The notes below the pieces were generated by a model. That model saw only the letters and a list, made by a program, of their open reading frames with translations. It searched no databases and was not told the DNA's origin. This document shows positions 39,330 through 47,100 of a stretch of 64,000 nt of DNA, in pieces. Every line of letters begins with the position of its first letter. Positions within the stretch are counted from its first letter, which is position 1. This DNA comes from an uncultured Verrucomicrobiae bacterium (lineage in GTDB: Bacteria > Verrucomicrobiota > Verrucomicrobiia > Limisphaerales > Palsa-1400). Position numbers and translations under genes: made by a program. The DNA is taken from assembly GCA_963764165.1 (NCBI GenBank), contig CAVXRD010000002.1, positions 736,001-800,000 on the forward strand, given 5' to 3'.

Positions 39330-39655
39330 TGAGCGTATTCAAAAGCAAAGACATATTCTGCTGTGCTGGTTTCAAAAATCGGATTGAGGCCGCTGGCGGG
39401 CGCGGAATTGCGATTCTAGCGAATCAAACTGCAACTGGAGTTATATTTCTACTGCAGTCGCGTGGAATTGCGTTCGAAGATGTAAAAAGAATTGAACCAA
39501 ATTCCGATTTGCCAGACATTACGATAAACGTTTCCTACGAGGTAGGACTTCAATACTGTCCATGGTGCGGTCGTCAACTTCAAGAGCTAGTTGATGCTTC
39601 GCCAGCGGCCTTCGAGCAGCTCGCGAACAACAATAGATGCTTTTTGATGAAGTGA
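39326..39655 (+). CDS. Putative immunity protein for orphan toxin 2 (Cys-rich, possible Zn ligand set)
   Basis: ATGA overlap with the toxin stop; FCC...YCPWCG motifs. Confidence 0.78.
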   Translation: MMSVFKSKDIFCCAGFKNRIEAAGGRGIAILANQTATGVIFLLQSRGIAFEDVKRIEPNSDLPDITINVSYEVGLQYCPWCGRQLQELVDASPAAFEQLANNNRCFLMK

Positions 39656-40091
39656 ACTGTACGAGCCAACCATAGCACGCGGGGTGCCATGAAAACGAAC
39701 GCTGGCGCAGCATGCTCCTTCGCCAAGGCTACGGCGGGACAAGTCTCGGCTACGAAACACATCCCCAATTGGATGAAAGCTCGCCTACATCAAACTGAAC
39801 ACCCAACCCGCCGTCGCTGCGCTATGGCGCGGCAAGACGCCTGCCCACCTCGTGGCGCTGGTTCCCTCGCCAAAGCTTTAGCGGCGGCGGGTGCCGGTCA
39901 ACCAAGGGCATTGTCGGAGGTTCTTTCACTCTCAACGCCCGGATCGTCTTCGGTAATGGATGCGACTACTCCAGCTATGTCGACCGACATCATGCCGGAT
40001 TGCAATGCGCGGAGCAACTGATAAGCTTCCCGCCGCATGATTTGGCGCGTCATTTTCTGCTGGCTGCTGGCGACAACGTTCCACGCCATTC
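39654..40091 (+). repeat. Inter-cassette repeat copy 4 (terminal, no Rhs attached)
   Basis: Near-identical to copy 2 over the 5' ~270 bp; TTGCAA(40000)-N16-TAAGCT-N9-ATG(40037); supplies the TGA stop of the upstream immunity gene. Confidence 0.9.
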
Positions 40092-40161
40092 CGCATTCGC
40101 AAGATTCTCCTCCCTTGACCGATTCAACTCGGCAGCGTGAAGGTCCAGCCCGAGAACCGCG

Positions 40162-40650
40162 TCAGACCAGTTCAAGCATATCGGCTTCCAATTTCACGGC
40201 GGCGGCCTGATTGATGAAATCCAGGCGCAAAATGACCGTGCTCATTCCGAGCCTTTTCTCCACCCAGCCTTCGATTCCCTGCAAGGGACCCGCTTTGATG
40301 CGGACCCTCTTGCCTTCTTCGATGGCCGGCGCCAGGGACACGCCGAGCTTGGCATCAAGGGCCAGCAGAATATCGCCCAATTGCCTGCTGAACGTTTCCT
40401 GGTCGAAGACGGTGAGCAGATTGGCAATATGATCGCTCTGCCGGACCGAGTCCGCCTGGGATCGCTCGCAGCGAATAAACACATAGCCTGGGAACAAGGG
40501 CTTCTCGAAGACCACCGTTTTCCCGCGGTATTTATGGGCGGACTCGAAGCACGGGAGCACTGCGGAAATGGAATTCCGCCTGCAAAACTCAGCAATCTTC
40601 TTTTCGCGGCGCGGCCGGGCGTGCGCAACGAACCAGTTCATTTCTGACAC
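40162..40650 (-). CDS. NusG/RfaH/UpxY-family transcription antitermination factor
   Basis: WFVAHARPRREKK, PLFPGYVF (NGN domain); G.RVRI.AGPL.G.EG (KOW domain). Confidence 0.92.
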   Translation of the reverse strand: MSEMNWFVAHARPRREKKIAEFCRRNSISAVLPCFESAHKYRGKTVVFEKPLFPGYVFIRCERSQADSVRQSDHIANLLTVFDQETFSRQLGDILLALDAKLGVSLAPAIEEGKRVRIKAGPLQGIEGWVEKRLGMSTVILRLDFINQAAAVKLEADMLELV

Positions 40651-40687
40651 GATTCCAAAAAAGTACGAGGGTTGGGTAGAAAGTCAA
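40651..40687 (-). promoter_or_regulatory. Putative sigma70 promoter, near-leaderless, for the NusG paralogue
   Basis: Minus strand TTGACT-N16-TACTTT-N9-GTG. Confidence 0.55.
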
Positions 40688-40800
40688 CGAGGCAATACCT
40701 TAATCGCGGGGAGCCGCGTCCAGAATTCGGCGATTTGCGAGGGTCTTATAGGCCGAATAGGTCGCAGAGGACCCATACGATTGATTTTCCACAGGCCCGG

Positions 40801-43800
40801 TCATTTTCCCTGCAAAGCGCGCAGTTCGCGGGTCACGTTGGTAAATTCAACCGCGTCGGTTCTGGCGTAATCAAGGTACAGCTTGTCGTAGCGGATTTGC
40901 GCTTCCTTGTCGTGAGTTGCCTTGGCGACTTTGGCCAATCCGTCGTAGACGAGGGAGGAAGGAGCCGGCAGCTGCTTTTCCAAAACCAAAAAATCCTCGC
41001 GGGAGGCGTCGAAGCGGTGCAGTTCAAATTCGGAAATCGCCCGGTTTAGCCGCGCCGAGGTGTTTTTCGGGTCGCGTTCAAGAAGGCCGCCAAGCGTCGC
41101 GATGGCCGCCTGATAATCCTTCATGGTCATCTCGACCTCGGCCTTGCTGAGCGTCGCATCGCTGATCTCATCGGGTTCGGCGCCGGAGGCGTTCAAGATT
41201 TTCAATTGGTCGGCGGTTGCCTGAACCGCCTTGGCGAACCAGCGCGCCGCTTCCTTCTGAAATTCGCCCTTGCCGGGCGCCGATTTGATTTCCTCCCGCA
41301 GCATGAAATAGCCCATGCGCCGGTAGAACTCGGCCATCACGCCCAGGAACCTGGCATTGCCAGGATCTTTCGCGCGCTCATCTGTCAATAATTTTTCAGC
41401 GGCCGCGAAGTCCCTTTTCGTGGCATAGGCCAGCGCTTCCACGCGAATCAACTCGAGCGGGCTGCCGGTGAACCCGGCGCGCGCGCTGCCCAATAATTTC
41501 AACGCCGCGTCCGGCTGGTTCAAATCAATGTAGGTCTTGGCCAGGTTCAACTCGCCATCCGGATCTTTGGGCGAAAGCTCGAGGCAGCGCTGAAACATGT
41601 GGGCGGCCTGAATGGGAAGGTTGCGATAACCGAAAAACTCCCCGACCCGATTATTCAGGGCGGGCGTGTCTGGCGGGCCCATCAAGTTAAGCGCGTAATC
41701 CCACCGTTGAAATATTCGCGCTGAAAATTCCGTGACGCTGAGCGGCGGCTCAGAGTCTGGAATGCCACGCATTTGCAAGTTAAATTGCAGATTGGCCTTT
41801 GCCATGATGTTATCGGGGTTCAACCGCAGCGCTTCCTGGAATTGATCGGCGGCGTCCTTCAATAAAGAGCTTTTGTCCCCGTCCGAAATGCGAAGGCCCG
41901 CGGCCTCCTTTTGCAGTTCGGTTCCCCAGTAATCGAGGCATTGGGAGTAATAAGTTGCGATCAACCGAGCGTTGGCGTTTTTCTTCGCCACTTCCGGCAG
42001 CGGCCGGAGTGCATCCTTTTCCAAGGCGTGCCAAAAAGCCTGGTTTGTCCCAATATCCGCCCGAGACAGCAGCAGCGTGGCCAGGGCATTGGTGGGATCC
42101 GGCAACACAATCCCACCCATCCGATGCGGTGCCATGAAGACGCGTTCGAAACGATTGCCAAAACCGGGGTGCAAGTAATACACGGGCTCGCGGCCGGCGA
42201 GGTGCGCTAAAAAGTTGCCTACCGCCACGTCGCTGATCTCATCGCGCAAGTTTTCAGTGTCGCCAATCTCCTTCTTAAATGACGGATAATGCTCGGCCAG
42301 ATAGCGGACGTACTGGATGTAATTCAATTCGGGGCTCTCGACAAAGACGTAGTGCGACGGCAATCCGAGGCGTCGGCAGGCGTCCATCGCGAGGTAAAGC
42401 CGGGTGGAATCATCCGCCATGACAATCCCAGGTTTCGCCGGCAGCGTGCGGGCCAGTTCGTCCGCGAATTCCGAGACGATCGGTTTGTCAAATTCCCGGA
42501 TGTGCGCAAAATTGATGCACGCCAGCGCGACTGGCGCCGCGATCGCTCCAATCCACAGCGCCACTGCGGTCGTTAAGTTGCCATTCCGCAGCACTCCGCG
42601 CGGCTGGCCCCAATGATATGAAAGATCCTTGGCGAAAAAGAAAAAAACGTGGCCGAAAAAGTAGCCGACGCACAGCGCCGCCATATAATAGAAGCTCAGA
42701 TATGTTGGAGGGCCCAGCAACCCCGCGGAAAAACGCGCCCTGGGGCTTGGGCTGATTTCGATATCAAAAAACATCAACACGCTGATGACCAGAAACGCGA
42801 TGTGAAGGAGCCGAAACAGGAGGCGGGTGTAAACATCCGTAACGTTTCGAAATTCGATATTGAATGACGGCCAGCCAGTGAAGGCGAAGACCAGCGCAAT
42901 GACGCTCGGCAGCCCGGAAACGGCAAAATAGTAATGCGGAGTCCGATGGAGAAGATAGTGCTGCTGCCCCAGCCATTGGTGCATCAAATCCCAGAACTTT
43001 CCCTCATCGCGCATCGCGCCAAGCGCGGGATTCAGGATGTAGAGGCCAAGCCCCATCACCAGGCAAACGATCATGACGAGGAGGCATCGCCAATTCACGC
43101 TCCATGCGGTCCGAATCCACCCAAAAACCGCCCCCACCTTGGTCTTGAATGCCGCCAAGGTGGTGAACCAAATCGGCGTGTAGCCGCCGGTCGGCAGGGC
43201 CTCGAAATAGATCGGGCTCAACATGAACCAAGCCAGCCAGATAAGAAAAAAGGGCGCGTATCCGATCAGGCTCCAGTCATTGGCCAAGCCGACGCCGTAA
43301 ACGAATGAAAACGCAAACAGCCAATGGTTCTTTTTCGAAACGCGGAATTCCAGCAGGCATTCTATAAGAAAAGCAAAAATTAGAAGATCAACCATTTCGC
43401 CCGTGCCGGAAACCGCATTCTCCCAAAACGTGAGCTGCGCTCCAAGCAACACGACCGCCAGCCCGGCAGCCAGGAAAGATCCGCGCACCGCCACTTGAGT
43501 CCACTTCGCACTTTCCATCAACCGCAACTCTTTCGTCCGGTCCCGAAAAAGCAGCGTTTTGTTGTGGGAGATTACCGAGCCGAAATATGCGAACAACTGC
43601 CCGAACACCTTCTCCCGCTGCTCCGGCGTGCGGTCATGGGAAAGGAGGCGCACCGAACGGGCCAGAATCGCCAGGGTCAGCGACGCGCAAAGGGCCATGA
43701 ACAAGTTCAGCCCGATCACCTGCGCCCCGGCCGGCAGCCACCGGAACGGATACGTCAAGATGAAGCAAAGCGGCTGAAAATTGGGCGCCGCCCGCCAGAG

Positions 43801-43983
43801 CAAAGGGGCAGGATGCCAATTCCAACCGGTCACCTGCGCAATAAACGGGACGCTGCCAAAGGTCAAACCATGGTTCAGGGTCAGTGCGTAAAAGACAATC
43901 GCCACCAAAAAAACCAAGCCGGGTGCGAGGATGATTGGAGGCCTAACTACAGGCTCGTTGTTCTGCGACTCTTCTGCCGTCAT
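40801..43983 (-). CDS. Polytopic membrane protein with DUF2723/TMEM260-like (GT-C-like) N-terminus and C-terminal TPR repeats
   Basis: Y.LTL...G...HP...PL..ILT.PF..LP...LN...A.CA.LT N-terminus, ~11 TMs; TPR motifs FQEALRLNPDN, CLELSPKD, LLERDPKN. Confidence 0.7.
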   Translation of the reverse strand: MTAEESQNNEPVVRPPIILAPGLVFLVAIVFYALTLNHGLTFGSVPFIAQVTGWNWHPAPLLWRAAPNFQPLCFILTYPFRWLPAGAQVIGLNLFMALCASLTLAILARSVRLLSHDRTPEQREKVFGQLFAYFGSVISHNKTLLFRDRTKELRLMESAKWTQVAVRGSFLAAGLAVVLLGAQLTFWENAVSGTGEMVDLLIFAFLIECLLEFRVSKKNHWLFAFSFVYGVGLANDWSLIGYAPFFLIWLAWFMLSPIYFEALPTGGYTPIWFTTLAAFKTKVGAVFGWIRTAWSVNWRCLLVMIVCLVMGLGLYILNPALGAMRDEGKFWDLMHQWLGQQHYLLHRTPHYYFAVSGLPSVIALVFAFTGWPSFNIEFRNVTDVYTRLLFRLLHIAFLVISVLMFFDIEISPSPRARFSAGLLGPPTYLSFYYMAALCVGYFFGHVFFFFAKDLSYHWGQPRGVLRNGNLTTAVALWIGAIAAPVALACINFAHIREFDKPIVSEFADELARTLPAKPGIVMADDSTRLYLAMDACRRLGLPSHYVFVESPELNYIQYVRYLAEHYPSFKKEIGDTENLRDEISDVAVGNFLAHLAGREPVYYLHPGFGNRFERVFMAPHRMGGIVLPDPTNALATLLLSRADIGTNQAFWHALEKDALRPLPEVAKKNANARLIATYYSQCLDYWGTELQKEAAGLRISDGDKSSLLKDAADQFQEALRLNPDNIMAKANLQFNLQMRGIPDSEPPLSVTEFSARIFQRWDYALNLMGPPDTPALNNRVGEFFGYRNLPIQAAHMFQRCLELSPKDPDGELNLAKTYIDLNQPDAALKLLGSARAGFTGSPLELIRVEALAYATKRDFAAAEKLLTDERAKDPGNARFLGVMAEFYRRMGYFMLREEIKSAPGKGEFQKEAARWFAKAVQATADQLKILNASGAEPDEISDATLSKAEVEMTMKDYQAAIATLGGLLERDPKNTSARLNRAISEFELHRFDASREDFLVLEKQLPAPSSLVYDGLAKVAKATHDKEAQIRYDKLYLDYARTDAVEFTNVTRELRALQGK

Positions 43984-44065
43984 GGCTCCCGCCAGTTTGC
44001 AATGGCTGTCGCGCTCTTACAAGAATTCATCGTGATTTTATAGGCAGACAACGCACATTTAAACG

Positions 44066-44101
44066 AAAACGCCCGGCTCAAACTTGCGTTCGAACCGGGC
44101 G
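44066..44101 (-). terminator. Probable intrinsic terminator after the Ig-repeat gene
   Basis: CGCCCGG(C/T)TC...GAACCGGGCG stem followed by TTTT on the minus strand. Confidence 0.6.
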
Positions 44102-44120
44102 GGTGTCAATAAAGTGCCAA

Positions 44121-47100
44121 TTACTTGCAGGTGAACGAACTGCTGCTCGAGAAGGATCCGCAATAGTTGTTGCCGCCATAGCCGCAACCGCCGCCTTGGC
44201 AGCCCGACTTGCAGTTTTCCGGCGTGCCGGCGCAGTCGTTGTTATTATATCCGCAGTAATTCTGCTGGCAGGCCTTCACGGAAACTGAGCCGCAATTGCT
44301 CAAGTTCTGATTGTAGCAGGCCGCGCCCCATTGCCAGGCGCAATTCACGTTGGTCGTGCTGCAGCTAAACGTGCCCGTCCAGCAGACCGATTTGCAGTTC
44401 GCGAAATCGGAATTCCAAGGAATTCCAGTGCCGCAAAGGAAAGCCTGGCTGTCGCCAGCCGAGGGAATCGTCGTGCTCCATCCGCTCCCGGTATAATAAG
44501 CGCTGCCGGACGAGCAGTTGGTGTATTCCACCTGGCAGTTCGGAACGGGATAGTTATAGACTTTGCCACTGGCTCCCGTGATCGTGATGGTCGCGTTCTG
44601 GCAGTAAACCGTGCATGACTTGCCTGGGTTCGCGGAAAGATGCGCATTGCACCAGAGGTAACCGCCATACGGGTTGCAGGAGTTGAAGTTGCCGCAGATG
44701 GTGTTCGTCGTTCCCTTGGTGGTGACGGCGGTGACGACTGAAGCCGTGTTGGTGGCTGACGCCCCGCTGGCCACAGAGCCAATCGCGGAAGCCACATTCG
44801 TCAATTGGCAGACATTCGAGCCCACCGTGTAATTATACGCAAATGTATAGCCTTGTCCCGACGCCACATTGGTCTTCGTGAAGATCGTGCCGCCGAGGAG
44901 CGCATCGACCACAGTCAAATTCTCCGCGCTCTGACCCACGTTGGTCACGGCAAACGTGTAGGTGATGACCGAGCCGATCGGCGCGCAGGTGGGACCCGAG
45001 AGGGTCAGACTCACAGCAGGCGGAGGTTGCACTACCACTGTCACCGTGCTCGATGCGGATAAGCCAGCCGTGTTGGTGATGGAGTATTGGAAGATCACCG
45101 TTCCAGAAAACCCACCCGTGGCCGTGAAGACAAGGTTTGTGCCCGATCGGACCACCGAGCCAGTGCCGCCAGAGGGCTGGCTGAACGTCGCAATGCCAAT
45201 CTTGAGCGCCGGGCTATTGCCATCCGAATCGTGGGATAGCACATTAATGGTGACTGGAGGAGCGCCTTCCTGCGTCGTTACAGTTACCGGGTTGGCCACC
45301 GGAGGCAGAGGTGTCACAGTGACAGTCACAGTGGAGCTCGCACTCAACCCCGCCGAGTTGGTGATCGAATAGGCGAACACAGATGTTCCAACAAAGCCCG
45401 ATTTGGGAGTGAACACGAGGTTGCCGCCGGATTGCGTTACGGTTCCATTGGTTGGCTGGGCGAAGCTTGAGATGGCAATCGGCAGCGCGGGGCGATTCGG
45501 GTCGTAGTCGTTGCCCAGCACACTGATCGTGACCGCGGAATTTTCAGCAGTCGAGGCCGAATTAGGAGTCGCGACAGGGGCCACTGGGCAGGCGCTGAAC
45601 GAGCAATAGCCCGATCCAGTCCAGTTGCCGCAGTAATTGTTGCCACCGTATCCGCAGCCGCCAGCCTGGCAGTTGGGTTTGCAATTCTCAGGCGTGCCAG
45701 CGCAGTCGGCGGAGGAATAATAGCCTTGATAGTTGCCCCAGCCTCCCCAATTGCCGTAGTTGCCCCAGCCGTTGCCGTAGCTGCCGCCGTATCCGCAAGC
45801 GGTCTGGTAGCAGGCCTTGACGCCAAAGCCGTTGTAATTAGTGAGGTTAGTGTTGTAGCAGGAACTGCCCCACTGCCAACTGCAGCTAACCCCGGGGGTA
45901 TCGGAGCAGAACGTGCCCGTCCACGAGACGGATTGGCAATTGGCAAAGGCCGATTGCCACGGAATGGCGCAGCCAGAGAGGAAAATCTGGCTGTCACCGT
46001 AGGACGGCGCGAACGTGTTCCAGTTCGTTCCGTCATACAGGCAGTTGCCGGTTGTGTTGGTTTGGTTAAAGATAATTTTGCCGTTCGGCACCGGATAGGT
46101 GTAGCTCTTGCCGTTCGAGCAGTTCAGTGTGATCGACGCATTCTGGTAGTAAATAGCGCAATTCTGCCCCGGTGTCGCCGCGATATGGGCGTTGAACCAC
46201 ACGCAACCGTTGTTGGGATTGCAGGAATTGAAGCTGCCATAAATCTGGCTGGTCACGCCCGCAGTCGTAATGGCCGTAATCGCCGTTTGAGTATTGGTGG
46301 CGGACAACCCGTTCGCCTGAACCACAATCGCCGAGGCGGTGTTCGTCACGAATCCCGAGCTAAGCGACGTTGCGTAGGTGTTGGTGAACACGAATCCAAC
46401 GCCAGCCGCCACATTCGTCTTCGAGAAGATTGTTCCGCCGAGCAACGGATCAACGACGGTCAGGTTGACGCTGACGGAATCGGTATTCGTGACGGCATAC
46501 ACGTAAGAGATGGTGCCATCGCAAACCACCGTTGGGGGCGCTGTCAAATTCAAGACCACGGTCGGAAGCGACGTCACCAGCACCGTCACAGTTGTTGTTG
46601 AGGCCAGGCCAAGTGTGTTCGTAATCGTGTAATTAAAGGTCGCGGCGCCCGCGAAGCTCGAGTTGGGTGAGAAGACGAGGTTCGTGCCGGAAAGCGTTAC
46701 CGTTCCTTCGGACGCCACAGCCGGCTGGGTATAGCTCGAGATTGCAATCGGAAGTGCAGGCGAATTCTGGTCGTAATCGTTGGCCAGCACCGAGATCGAA
46801 ACCGGCACGCCGCCTTGAGTTGAAGCGCTGTCGGCAACCGCGACCGGTGGCAGCGGCGGCGGCGTCACCACCACCGTCACGATGCTGGTGGAGGACAATC
46901 CAGCCGAATTCGTGATCGTGTATTGGAAGGACACTGTTCCGGTAAAACCCGTTGCAGGCTTGAAGAGCAGGTTCGTGCCAGAATAAGAAACCACGCCTTG
47001 GCCGGTCGGTTGATTAAAGCCCGAGATCAAAATGGGAAGCATCGGTGAATTCTGATCCGTATCATTCGCCAGCGAATTGATGACAACCGGCGTGTTTTCC

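Noticed and set aside
32908..40091. Inter-cassette repeats as a CRISPR array or integron attC sites
   Set aside because: Units are 340-440 bp and separated by kb-sized genes. No cas or intI gene is in the window, and I see no RYYYAAC...GTTRRRY bounded palindrome
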